A DNA stretch of 64,000 nt from Geopsychrobacteraceae bacterium (GTDB lineage Bacteria; Desulfobacterota; Desulfuromonadia; Desulfuromonadales; Geopsychrobacteraceae), in contig OY759353.1 in assembly GCA_963662315.1 (NCBI GenBank), positions 480,001-544,000 on the forward strand. Reading direction: 5' to 3'. The stretch's first letter is position 1. The number at the start of each line of letters is the position of its first letter. The notes below the pieces were generated by a model that saw only the letters and a program-made list of their open reading frames with translations, did not search any database and was not told the DNA's origin. Shown piece by piece: positions 16,707-26,408 of this stretch. A program made the position numbers and the translations under genes.

Positions 16707-19610
16707 ATGCGCCCGCTCAAATTAAGCATGACCGCCTTTGGCCCGTTTCCCGGTTGCGAGGTGATCGATTTTAAAAAGTTTGGCAGTTCGCCGTTATTTC
16801 TGATCAATGGTCCGACAGGAGCCGGAAAAACGACCATTCTCGATGCCATATGCTATGCCCTGTATGGGAAAACCACGGGGGATGACCGTGAAGGGGGGCA
16901 GATGCGCTGTGATCTGGCCCCCATTGAAACCCTGTGTGAAATCTCTTTCGAATTTATTCTGTATGATCGACACTTTGAAATCAGGCGGGTTCCTGATCAA
17001 CCGCGCCCCAAAAGTCGCGGTGATGGCTTTACCGAACAAAAGCCTGAAGCACAACTGACTGAACTGTTGCCTGATGGAGAGACTAAACTGCTGGTGGGGA
17101 GCAAGGTGAGTGATGCAACCCGGGTGATAGAAGAGTTGACCGGTCTGACGGCCGATCAGTTTCGCCAGGTGATGGTGTTGCCACAGGGGAAATTTCGTCA
17201 GCTGTTACTGGCCGAATCGGCCCAGCGGGAAAAAATCTTCAGTCAGCTGTTTCAAACCGGCATATATAAAAAACTGGAAGAGCGGTTAAAGGAAAAAGCG
17301 GCGGGTATCCGGCGTGAGCGTGACGCCTTTTTGCAGCAGCAGCACGGTATCCTTGAATCAACAGATAGCCAGGGGCTTGAAGAGCTGAAGCTTGAGCTTG
17401 CAGACCTTAACGAAAAGCTGAAGGTCCTTCAGCAGTATAAGGACGCAACTGCAGCGTCTTTTTTAAGGGCTCATCAGGACCTGACTAACGGCCGAAGCCT
17501 TGATCAGGATTTTAATCTTCTCGCACAACTCAGTGACAGGTTAACTGCTCTTGATGCCAATCGTGAGGCGATTGGCCTGCTTAAACAAGGGTTGATCGCA
17601 GCTCAGCGGGCGGCCAAGTTGGCACCGCTGTTCACGCAGCGGGATCGTTCCCGACAGGGTGTTCGTGACGCTTCGGAAAAACTCGAGGAATGTCATACCT
17701 CCAGACACAGTGCTCTAACCCGCCTTGCGGCGGCGGAGCTGGAGCAGGAGCGTCTGGCCGAGTTGCAGCAGGAGTGTGACGAGCATAAAATTGAACTGCA
17801 GCAGCTGGAACAATACCGCATGCAGCTGGAGCAGCTCGGCAGGGTCAGGCAGCAGTGCACTGACCTGCAGCTGCAGGTCGATCTGTGCAGTAATTATCGT
17901 CAGCTACTTGACGAGCGTGAACAATTAGACCGCATCGACCACTATGTAAAGCAGCAACAGACCATCTTTACCCTTAATGAAAAATTTAAGGAAGTTGAGC
18001 TAAGTGGCCGGAAATTAGCAGATCTCTTCGCTTTGAAACGCGATGAAACTAAACGTCTCGAGCTCGCCTGGCATCAGGGACAGGCGGCCTTGTTGGCTGC
18101 TGAGCTGAAAACCGGGGAAGCTTGTCCTGTGTGCGGGAGCTGCAGTCATCCGCAGCCGGCGGTTGTGGCTGGTGAGCTTCCGGATTTTCAAAAACTGGAG
18201 GCGTGTCGAGACGCTCTTGGTGGTTTGGACGAGCAGTTAAAAAGCACACGGGAACGCTATGTCGAATTACGGACTGAAGTTAAAAAACAGACCGACATGG
18301 TTCTTGAGCTGGGTACAGAGCTGGGACAGAACCTTGAGCAAACCCTAGCAGCCTTAAAGACTTCAATAGCCAGCCGAGAGCAACAGGTTCGGTCATGTAA
18401 CCAGCAGGATGTTATACATCTTCAGCAACTGGACCGTGTTGGTCTGGATGAGCATACCAGACAGCTGGGGGATACCTTGGCCGGTGCTGTGCGTGAGCGG
18501 GCACTGCTGGAAACAAACCTGCCCACTGACTTTCATCAGTTTGAGACTCTTGAAACGCGACGGAGCAAAATCACTCAGGATATTTCAGCAAAACTGCTTC
18601 TGATTGAGCAGATTCGCAATAATCACCGGGTTGCTTATGCGGGGGTGGAAGCGGTAGTCGCGGCTGAAAAGGATGCAGCGCAGCGCTTGCAACAGGCGCG
18701 TCAGGAAGAACAGCAGTCTCTTGCTGCTTGTTGTGAGGGCCTTGAAAAAAGCGCTTTTGATGATGAAAATGACTATCTCAAAGCCCTGCGCCATGAAGAA
18801 GACATGATTGCTATGCAAAATCAGATCGAGGGATTCAATGAAGAGCTTCAGCAGCTGCTTGGTGCCCGGCGTGAATTAGAGAATAAATTGACAGGTCTGG
18901 AGCGACCTGAGGTCGCTGTTCTGGAGCAGGTGTTAAACGAGGAGCAGCAGCGGAAGTCTGGCGCCGAAGATAATTGGCAGCAGGTGGATAGTCGCTGTAA
19001 ACAGCTGAATTCAACCCTACAGAAACTCGAGGCGAATAAGGCCAGACTTGATCAACTCGATGCTGCTTATGCCGTGATTGGAACCTTGAGTGACGTTGCT
19101 GGTGGCCAAACCGGTCAGAAGGTCAGTCTGCAGCGCTTTGTCCTGAGCGTCCTGCTGGATGATGTCCTGATCGAAGCAAGTAACCGCTTGGCCGCTATGA
19201 GCAAAGGTCGCTATCGTCTACTGCGCAAGGAAGATCGCAGTAAGGGGAACAAGGCGTCCGGCCTGGAACTGATCGTGGATGATGCCTATACCGGAAAAGT
19301 AAGACCGGTCGCGACGCTGTCCGGTGGTGAAAGTTTTATGGCGGCGCTGTCTCTGGCGTTGGGCCTGTCTGAGGTGGTTCAGGCCTATGCCGGAGGTGTC
19401 CGTCTTGATACCCTGTTTATCGATGAGGGGTTTGGCAGCCTCGATAGTGAATCTCTTGATCTTGCCATCAGTACCCTGGTTGACCTGCAGGCCGCGGGGC
19501 GCACTATTGGTCTGATCTCTCACGTCAGCGAACTTAAAGAACAGATTCCGTTGCGTATCGATGTTCAGCAGACTCGCAACGGCAGTCGTGTCGACCTGGT
19601 CGGCATTTAG
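16707..19610 (+). CDS. sbcC: Exonuclease SbcCD subunit C (Rad50/SMC-like ATPase)
   Basis: Walker A GPTGAGKT, LPQG, long coiled coil with zinc hook CPVCGS, LSGGE and FIDEGFG. Confidence 0.96.
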   Translation: MRPLKLSMTAFGPFPGCEVIDFKKFGSSPLFLINGPTGAGKTTILDAICYALYGKTTGDDREGGQMRCDLAPIETLCEISFEFILYDRHFEIRRVPDQPRPKSRGDGFTEQKPEAQLTELLPDGETKLLVGSKVSDATRVIEELTGLTADQFRQVMVLPQGKFRQLLLAESAQREKIFSQLFQTGIYKKLEERLKEKAAGIRRERDAFLQQQHGILESTDSQGLEELKLELADLNEKLKVLQQYKDATAASFLRAHQDLTNGRSLDQDFNLLAQLSDRLTALDANREAIGLLKQGLIAAQRAAKLAPLFTQRDRSRQGVRDASEKLEECHTSRHSALTRLAAAELEQERLAELQQECDEHKIELQQLEQYRMQLEQLGRVRQQCTDLQLQVDLCSNYRQLLDEREQLDRIDHYVKQQQTIFTLNEKFKEVELSGRKLADLFALKRDETKRLELAWHQGQAALLAAELKTGEACPVCGSCSHPQPAVVAGELPDFQKLEACRDALGGLDEQLKSTRERYVELRTEVKKQTDMVLELGTELGQNLEQTLAALKTSIASREQQVRSCNQQDVIHLQQLDRVGLDEHTRQLGDTLAGAVRERALLETNLPTDFHQFETLETRRSKITQDISAKLLLIEQIRNNHRVAYAGVEAVVAAEKDAAQRLQQARQEEQQSLAACCEGLEKSAFDDENDYLKALRHEEDMIAMQNQIEGFNEELQQLLGARRELENKLTGLERPEVAVLEQVLNEEQQRKSGAEDNWQQVDSRCKQLNSTLQKLEANKARLDQLDAAYAVIGTLSDVAGGQTGQKVSLQRFVLSVLLDDVLIEASNRLAAMSKGRYRLLRKEDRSKGNKASGLELIVDDAYTGKVRPVATLSGGESFMAALSLALGLSEVVQAYAGGVRLDTLFIDEGFGSLDSESLDLAISTLVDLQAAGRTIGLISHVSELKEQIPLRIDVQQTRNGSRVDLVGI

Positions 19611-19634
19611 TATTTCACCGGGGAGTATATTCAA

Positions 19635-22301
19635 GTGCTGGCAGCCTATCGTCAATTAATGGATGACATGAGTCGAGGCGCTCTGGTTCTGACCGCCAAT
19701 CGCCGTTTGTATCGCTATCTGCGCGATTGTTATGATCAGCATATGCTGGCCACCGGACAGGGCGCCTGGCAAGCTCCGCAGCTCCTTAGTTACGAAGCCT
19801 GGCTGCAGAAGTGTTTAGTGGAATTGGGGGAAGAATGGCGTCTGCTTAATTCATTACAGCTGCAATACTTATGGGAACAGCTGATCGAACGCTCTTCCGC
19901 TGCTGCTGGAATGGAGTTGCTGCAAATCCCTAAAACAGCAGAAACAGCCATTCAGGCCTATCGCTTACTGACGGAATACGAGTTGGAGCTTGAACCGTCT
20001 TTTCTGACTGAGGATCAGGTTGTATTTAAAAACTGGTATGAGCAATTTAACGGGTTTCTTGCTGATCACCAGTGGTTTGATAAGAGCGCAGTTCCTGCCC
20101 GGGTGCGAGGCGCTCTGGCCGATGGTGCGCTTCCGTTACCTGCTTGTGTTCGCCTGGCTGGTTTTGATCAGTTGCCGCCCGGGTTGCAGAAACTGCAGGA
20201 TCTGCTGCTGGCACGCGGCAGTGATTGCCGCGAAGTGTCTTTCTCCTCACAGCCGGGTCGTCGTATTACTAGTTATGAGGCTAATGATCGTAGCGGTGAG
20301 GTTGAATCCGCCGCGCGCTGGGTGCGAGGTCTCCTTGAGCAAGGGGAAATTGGCATCGGTGTCGTTGTCCCTGATCTGACCCGGCGGCGACAAGAAATTG
20401 AGCGGGTTTTTAAGGCGCAGATTGATCCTGCCGGTGCGGTCCGTCTGAATGATGAAGACGCGGTTTTCAGTTTATCCCTTGGGGGACCATTGAGTGAGCA
20501 GGGTGTTATTCATGCTGCTTTACAGCTGATGGGGGTTGAGGCGTATCTTTCTTTTGAACAGATCTCCTTCCTATTGCGTAGTGCATACCTGGGCAAGTCA
20601 CAAAGTGAGAGTGATTTAAGGGCTGTATTTGAAGTCAGGTTGCGAGGCTATAATCAGGATCGCTTTAAGCTTGATTCTCTTGCCACTCTGGCTGTCTCCT
20701 GTGGGCTGGAGTCCTTTAGCCTGATACTGCAAAAGCTCTCTGCTTTCGCCAAACTGTCAGGTAAACGTCTGCCGGGAGTCTGGTGTGAGCTGTTGGCCGA
20801 TCACCTGCATGACCTTGGCTGGCCGGGGGAAAGAACCATAATCAGCCGTGAATACCAGGCCATTAAATCCTGGCAGCAGAACGTTCTGGAGGTGATACCT
20901 CTGCTCGATACTCTGGGGCAGCCGGTCAGTCGTGCCAAAATGATATCTTTGCTGCTGCGCATGACCCATGACACCGAATTTCAAGTCGAAGCTCCGACCG
21001 GTCCGGTTCAGGTGGTCGGATTGCTCGAATCGACCGGGCTGCAGTTTAATCATTTGTGGGTCATGGGGCTTGAGGAACGAATTTTCCCGGCGGCCCCACA
21101 GCCAAATCCATTTATCCCTTATCAGCTTCAGGTTGCGCATGCCATGCCTCATGCCGATGCGGCAAGGGAGCTGGCCTACGCTGAACAGGTTATCGATCGT
21201 CTTGTCGGTGCTGCGGATGATGTTGTCCTTAGTTATCCGAGATTTGATGGAGATACTGAATTACAGCCAAGTCCTTTATTGCCGAACGACGTCGTCAGCG
21301 CTAACCTGCAATTCAGTGAACGGCATGATCTGCTTCATCGCATCATGACCTTCCAAGGCGAACTGGAGACCGTTGCTGATCGCAACGGGCCACGCCTTGA
21401 AGCAGCCTTGGTGGAAGGTGGGACCGGGTTGCTGAAGGACCAGGCCCATTGCCCGTTTCGCGCCTTTGTTCATCATCGCTTACATAGCCGTGGGCTGGAA
21501 AGCTCAACGCCGGGGATCTCTGCCATGGAACGGGGCGATCTGGTGCACCTGGCTCTGGAGAAGATCTGGAAACAACTGACAAATCATGCACGGCTGGTTG
21601 CTCTGGATGATACCGACCGTGCCGCACTGGTGGCGGGCCAGGTTGATCAGGCTCTTGATCAGTTTTATAAAGACCGCCCCCGACCCTCGTCCCTTATGGA
21701 GACTCTGGAGCGTGAACGTATCAAGCAGTTGATCGATGAATGGCTGCAGGGCGTCGAGGTGCAGCGCACGCCGTTTTGCGTCGTGGCAACCGAGGCAACG
21801 CATACGGAACAGCTAGGGCCTTTGCAAATCAGGCTTAAGGTTGATCGCATCGACGAACTCGAAGACGGTCAGCGGATCATTATCGACTATAAAACCGGCG
21901 GTCAGCTGCGGGCCGATGATCTGGTCAGTGACCCGTTAATCGAACCCCAGTTGCCCATCTATGCCGTTGCCCAGGGGGATCAACCTGCAGCTGGCATCGT
22001 TTTCGCACAGATCAGAAAGAGTTCCTGCCGTCTGCTGGGGATCGTTCGGGATAAAGGTTTGCTTGGCAAGGTTGGGGACATTACCGCCAATAAATGCTGT
22101 CAGGAGGCGGGGATTATTGACTGGAGCCAGTTGCTGGCTTTCTGGCAACGTCAGATCCGACAGCTGGCCGACGACTTTGTTGCCGGAGAAGCGAGTGTGC
22201 GCCCCTTTGATCCGGCCTTGAGCTGCCAGTATTGTGACCTGGCAGGTTTATGCCGTATTCAGGAATCGCTCATGTTGCCAGAGGAAGATAATGACTGTTG
22301 A
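19635..22301 (+). CDS. AddB-like inactive helicase with C-terminal PD-(D/E)XK Fe-S nuclease
   Basis: LTANRRL; HCPF...KVDRID...IIDYKT...CQYCDLAGLC four-cysteine pattern. Confidence 0.88.
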   Translation: MLAAYRQLMDDMSRGALVLTANRRLYRYLRDCYDQHMLATGQGAWQAPQLLSYEAWLQKCLVELGEEWRLLNSLQLQYLWEQLIERSSAAAGMELLQIPKTAETAIQAYRLLTEYELELEPSFLTEDQVVFKNWYEQFNGFLADHQWFDKSAVPARVRGALADGALPLPACVRLAGFDQLPPGLQKLQDLLLARGSDCREVSFSSQPGRRITSYEANDRSGEVESAARWVRGLLEQGEIGIGVVVPDLTRRRQEIERVFKAQIDPAGAVRLNDEDAVFSLSLGGPLSEQGVIHAALQLMGVEAYLSFEQISFLLRSAYLGKSQSESDLRAVFEVRLRGYNQDRFKLDSLATLAVSCGLESFSLILQKLSAFAKLSGKRLPGVWCELLADHLHDLGWPGERTIISREYQAIKSWQQNVLEVIPLLDTLGQPVSRAKMISLLLRMTHDTEFQVEAPTGPVQVVGLLESTGLQFNHLWVMGLEERIFPAAPQPNPFIPYQLQVAHAMPHADAARELAYAEQVIDRLVGAADDVVLSYPRFDGDTELQPSPLLPNDVVSANLQFSERHDLLHRIMTFQGELETVADRNGPRLEAALVEGGTGLLKDQAHCPFRAFVHHRLHSRGLESSTPGISAMERGDLVHLALEKIWKQLTNHARLVALDDTDRAALVAGQVDQALDQFYKDRPRPSSLMETLERERIKQLIDEWLQGVEVQRTPFCVVATEATHTEQLGPLQIRLKVDRIDELEDGQRIIIDYKTGGQLRADDLVSDPLIEPQLPIYAVAQGDQPAAGIVFAQIRKSSCRLLGIVRDKGLLGKVGDITANKCCQEAGIIDWSQLLAFWQRQIRQLADDFVAGEASVRPFDPALSCQYCDLAGLCRIQESLMLPEEDNDC

Positions 22302-25300
22302 ACTGAATCGTCCTGTTGCTGATGCAGAGGCGCGGGCTGCTGCCATTGATCCTTCCCGGTCCTGCATTGTCCAGGCCCCGGCCGGATCGGGAAAAACCGA
22401 GTTGTTGATCCAGCGCATGCTGGGATTGCTGGGACAGGTTGAGCGGCCACAGCAGATTCTTGCCATCACCTTTACCAATAAGGCGGCGGCGGAAATGCGC
22501 CAGCGTCTGGTCGAGGCGCTGCGCAGTGCCAGGGTCCAGCCACAGCCGCACGTGCCGCATCATGCGCTCACCTGGAGACTGGCTGCCAAAGCTTTGCAGC
22601 GCCATGGGGAGAGCATTATTAAAAATCCTGCTCAGCTGGCGATTCAGACCATCGACAGTTTTAATGCGGCATTGGTAAGGAAAATGCCTTGGCTGTCGCG
22701 CTTCGGCAGTTTACCGCAAATGGCAGAAGATGCTGATGCGCTGTATGTTAAAGCCGTTGATCAGTTGTGTCTGCAGCTCGAGCAGGGTGGGGATGGGAGC
22801 AGGCAGCTCGAAATCCTCCTGCGTCATCTCGATAATCAGCTCTCGGTTGTCCAAGGAATGCTGGTTGATATGTTGCGCAAGCGGGATCAATGGTTACGCT
22901 TTCTGCATTCAGATTATCGAACCAGTCACGAGGACCTGCAGCGGGCGCTGGAGGCGTTGTACACGGAAAAGATTCGTGAACTGCAGCAGGCTTTTCCCCA
23001 GGCAGTTGCCACCGAGTTGCTACGGGGGGCGCGTTTTGCTGCTAATAACCTTCCTGAGTCGGATTTTTCAAGGTTTCGCGACTGGAACAATATGCCCGCC
23101 GCGACCTATCAGCACCTGGGAGACTGGGCCCGATTAGGAAACTGGTTACTGACTGCCAAAGGCGAACTGCGTCAGCGACTGACAAAAAATGAGGGGTTTC
23201 CTGCCGGTAAGGAATTTAAAGCCGGTAAAGACCAGATGGACGAGGTTCTGAACGCGTTAGCTCCCCATCAGACCTTTATCCGTCGGCTTGATGCGGTGCG
23301 TAAGTTGCCGACCCGCGGCTACAGCGACAGCCAATGGCAACTGTTCGAAGCGCTTATCACCATTTTGCCGCTGTTGCTGTATCAACTATGGCTGGTTTTT
23401 CGTAATGAAGGGGAAGCTGATTTTGCCGAGATTGCCCTTAAAGCGAATACGGCCTTGGGGGATGCCAGTGACCCGAGCGATCTCCTGCTGAAAATTGACC
23501 ATGACCTGCAGCATATTCTTATCGATGAATTTCAGGACACGTCGCGCCTGCAATATCAGTTACTGGAAACTCTGACTTCAGGCTGGGCCGCCGGGGATGG
23601 CAGAACTCTCTTTCTCGTCGGTGATCCGATGCAGTCGATCTACCTGTTCCGCGAGGCCGAAGTTGGTCTGTTTCTGCACAGTTTCAAGGGGCGTTTTGGT
23701 GCTCTGCAGCATCCCTTAACGCCATTACGCCTGAGGTGTAATTTCCGCTCTCAGCAAGGCATTGTTGAATGGGTCAATAACAGTTTTGCCACGATGTTTC
23801 CAGATACGACCGACGAGATTCTCGGGGCTGTCCCATTGTCTCGTGCCGTGGCTGTCAAGCCACTCCTTTCAGGCAGTGCCTGTTCTGTGCATCCTTTTGC
23901 GGGCAGGAATGATCGCGCAGAAGCTTTAAAGGTTATTGATCTGATACGCAAGGCGCAGGAAGAAGATCCTGAACAGTCGATTGCCGTTCTGGTGCGCGGG
24001 CGGACCCATCTGAATCATCTTCTTCCGCTCCTGCACGAGCAGAAGTTGGCCTATCAGGCCCGGGATATTGAGTTGCTGGGGGCTCGCCCGGCCACCCTTG
24101 ATTTGGTCCACCTGACCAAAGCGCTGTTGCATCGCGGTGATCGACTGTCATGGCTGGCAGTATTGAGAGCTCCCTGGTGCGGCCTGACTCTTAATGATCT
24201 GCATAGCCTGGTTGGCGCATATAAAAACAGGACGCTTCCGGTCTTGCTGGATGATCAACAACTGGTCGCCTCCTTATCGGAAGATGGGCGGAATAGAATC
24301 AGCCGGGTCTGGCCGGTGTTAAAAGCAGCTCTGTCCCGTTGCGGCAGTATCTCGTTACGGGAACTGGTCGAGTCATGCTGGCTGACCATTGGTGGACCCG
24401 CCTGCTACGCTTCTTCCTCTTTGCCCGACATTGAACTCGTTTTCAGTTTACTGTCGAAGCTTGATAAAGGCGGTACCACTGCTGATCTTAATCAACTTGA
24501 AAAGGGGTTGGCAAACATCTATTCCAATCCGGAAGCCAGTGACTGCAAGCTTGAAATTATGACGATTCACAAGGCCAAAGGTCTTGAGTTCGATACGGTG
24601 ATTATTCCCGGTTTAGGGCGCCCGGTTGGCCGTGTCCACCAGCCTCTGTTACGCTGGTTTGAACACCCTGAGCATGGTTTACTGATAGCGCCGTTACCTG
24701 AGCGAGGCAGTAAGGAAAAAGATCCGCTCTATCAATTGATCTCAGACTTTGAGAACTATAAGCAGGAACTTGAAACTTCGCGTCTATTGTATGTTGCTAC
24801 TACCAGAGCGGTTAAAAGACTGCATCTACTCGGTCATGCCAAAGCGAATTCCGATGGGCATCTTGCTCCTGCTTCCGGGTCGTTGCTGGAAAAATTATGG
24901 CCGGTTGTTTCATGTTTTTTTAAGATGGATGATGAGACTTCGACCGAGAGCATTGACTCATTGATTGTACCAAGCTTAAAGCGGTTGTCAGCGGGATGGC
25001 AACTGCCCCAGGTTCATGCCGTGCCAATCCCGGTCAGCACGGTCAGGGGAACCGCATCAGGAACCCACGGTGGGAACGACGTGGTGTTCAGCGGTTGGGA
25101 AAATCCCGCCTTTCGCCATGTAGGAACCCTTGTTCATCAGCAGCTGGAAATGATTTCACGGTACGGTCTAGACTACTGGCCCAGGCACATTGATGTTCAT
25201 GGTCTGCAGCATATTACTTCCCGTTTGCGACAGATGGGGGTTGCGGAAACTCAGCTTGCCAATAGTGCCGAGCGGGTAAAGCAGGCGGTTGATAAGGTCC

Positions 25301-25632
25301 TGTCCAGCCCCAAAGGACGCTGGTTGTTAGCTCCGCATGCTGGTCATGCCAGCGAATATCCTTTGACGGGAGTTGTTGATGGCCAGTTGATCCATGCCAG
25401 TATCGATCGCACTTTTATCGCTGATGGAATACGCTGGATAATTGATTATAAATCGAGTTCACCGGCAAATAAGGAATCTCTTGAACGTTTTTTGGCGCGT
25501 GAAGCAGACCGTTACCGGACGCAGTTGCAGATTTACGTTGAACTGTTCAAGGCTCTGGATGAGAAGGTTTGTGTCAGGGCAGCTCTGTATTTTCCTTTGT
25601 TGGACTGTTGGTACGAGCTGCCCGAAAACTAA
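22291..25632 (+). CDS. AddA-like UvrD helicase-RecB-type nuclease
   Basis: APAGSGKT, AITFTNKAA, IDEFQD, VGDPMQSIY, TIHKAKGLEFD, LYVATTRA and IDR...IIDYKS. Confidence 0.92.
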   Translation: MTVELNRPVADAEARAAAIDPSRSCIVQAPAGSGKTELLIQRMLGLLGQVERPQQILAITFTNKAAAEMRQRLVEALRSARVQPQPHVPHHALTWRLAAKALQRHGESIIKNPAQLAIQTIDSFNAALVRKMPWLSRFGSLPQMAEDADALYVKAVDQLCLQLEQGGDGSRQLEILLRHLDNQLSVVQGMLVDMLRKRDQWLRFLHSDYRTSHEDLQRALEALYTEKIRELQQAFPQAVATELLRGARFAANNLPESDFSRFRDWNNMPAATYQHLGDWARLGNWLLTAKGELRQRLTKNEGFPAGKEFKAGKDQMDEVLNALAPHQTFIRRLDAVRKLPTRGYSDSQWQLFEALITILPLLLYQLWLVFRNEGEADFAEIALKANTALGDASDPSDLLLKIDHDLQHILIDEFQDTSRLQYQLLETLTSGWAAGDGRTLFLVGDPMQSIYLFREAEVGLFLHSFKGRFGALQHPLTPLRLRCNFRSQQGIVEWVNNSFATMFPDTTDEILGAVPLSRAVAVKPLLSGSACSVHPFAGRNDRAEALKVIDLIRKAQEEDPEQSIAVLVRGRTHLNHLLPLLHEQKLAYQARDIELLGARPATLDLVHLTKALLHRGDRLSWLAVLRAPWCGLTLNDLHSLVGAYKNRTLPVLLDDQQLVASLSEDGRNRISRVWPVLKAALSRCGSISLRELVESCWLTIGGPACYASSSLPDIELVFSLLSKLDKGGTTADLNQLEKGLANIYSNPEASDCKLEIMTIHKAKGLEFDTVIIPGLGRPVGRVHQPLLRWFEHPEHGLLIAPLPERGSKEKDPLYQLISDFENYKQELETSRLLYVATTRAVKRLHLLGHAKANSDGHLAPASGSLLEKLWPVVSCFFKMDDETSTESIDSLIVPSLKRLSAGWQLPQVHAVPIPVSTVRGTASGTHGGNDVVFSGWENPAFRHVGTLVHQQLEMISRYGLDYWPRHIDVHGLQHITSRLRQMGVAETQLANSAERVKQAVDKVLSSPKGRWLLAPHAGHASEYPLTGVVDGQLIHASIDRTFIADGIRWIIDYKSSSPANKESLERFLAREADRYRTQLQIYVELFKALDEKVCVRAALYFPLLDCWYELPEN

Positions 25633-25713
25633 CTTGTTTTAACCCGGAGGCAATTATTTTGACCTTCCTTCAGCTGCGGGGCGTAAGGGGTGGCACCGGT
25701 GTGCCGGTATCCT

Positions 25714-26190
25714 TCAGGCACGGGTAGAAGATGACAAGCTTTTTAAAATCTGTCCGGTCATATAACTTTTGTGAGGATTCACCCTTACTAAACTTTTAAT
25801 CATATGTGGAGCAAGGTGCAGGCGGAAGGTCGATTCCTCGCGTTGTACCAGAGTCAGCTCAATATTTTTTTTCAATGATCCGATGCGCATTTCGGTTTCG
25901 ATGACATAGCACCATTCTCTACTGCCGTCTTCAAAGGACACAAGACGTCTTGTCTTGACGGGAGTTACTGAATATATTTCGACATCAGTATTGTTCTGGA
26001 TGGGGTGTATGCCGAAACTGATAATCAGGTCTTCCCCTTCTTTAAAGGTTGAAAAATCGAAAATATTCAGTATGGATTGTTTGGAATCCATAACGACCTG
26101 GGCTTCAATAGCTGGTATTTTTAGCGCCGGAAATGACACCCACTCACACCACCCGATGTCGAGCAATAGTGAGGTTTTTGTGTTTTTCAT
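25714..26190 (-). CDS. Retropepsin-like 'ATP-dependent zinc protease' (RimK-associated) family homologue lacking the catalytic DTG
   Basis: IGWCEWVSFPAL, FGIHPIQ, YVIET, IELTL and VNPHKSY match the family; KIDTGA position reads QVVMDS; AGGAG RBS. Confidence 0.75.
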   Translation of the reverse strand: MKNTKTSLLLDIGWCEWVSFPALKIPAIEAQVVMDSKQSILNIFDFSTFKEGEDLIISFGIHPIQNNTDVEIYSVTPVKTRRLVSFEDGSREWCYVIETEMRIGSLKKNIELTLVQREESTFRLHLAPHMIKSLVRVNPHKSYMTGQILKSLSSSTRA

Positions 26191-26408
26191 GGCATCTCTC
26201 CTGAGATTTGAAATTGTTAATTTACTTGATAGTAATGTGGATTGTTAGAAAAGTAAATTGTTTTAATATTAAAAATCACACCACGTCAGATCCTGATAAA
26301 CGAATAAATATAAGAAGTTAAAAAAAATGTTGCTCAATGCGGTGATTATGCGAAGATATTACCTTGTCACCCGGTGTTTTCATGATTTCTGCTTTGCGGG
26401 GGAAGCTG

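Noticed and set aside
17250..19050. Recurrent CTGGAGCAG/GAGCAG-like words in sbcC
   Set aside because: Explained by the L/E/Q-rich coiled coil; there is no regular period or spacer pattern, so not CRISPR or a tandem repeat.
26191..26408. AT-rich spacer with the palindrome TTTTAATATTAAAA (26261-26274)
   Set aside because: An all-AT palindrome is expected by chance in an AT-rich divergent promoter region; no mobile-element ends seen.
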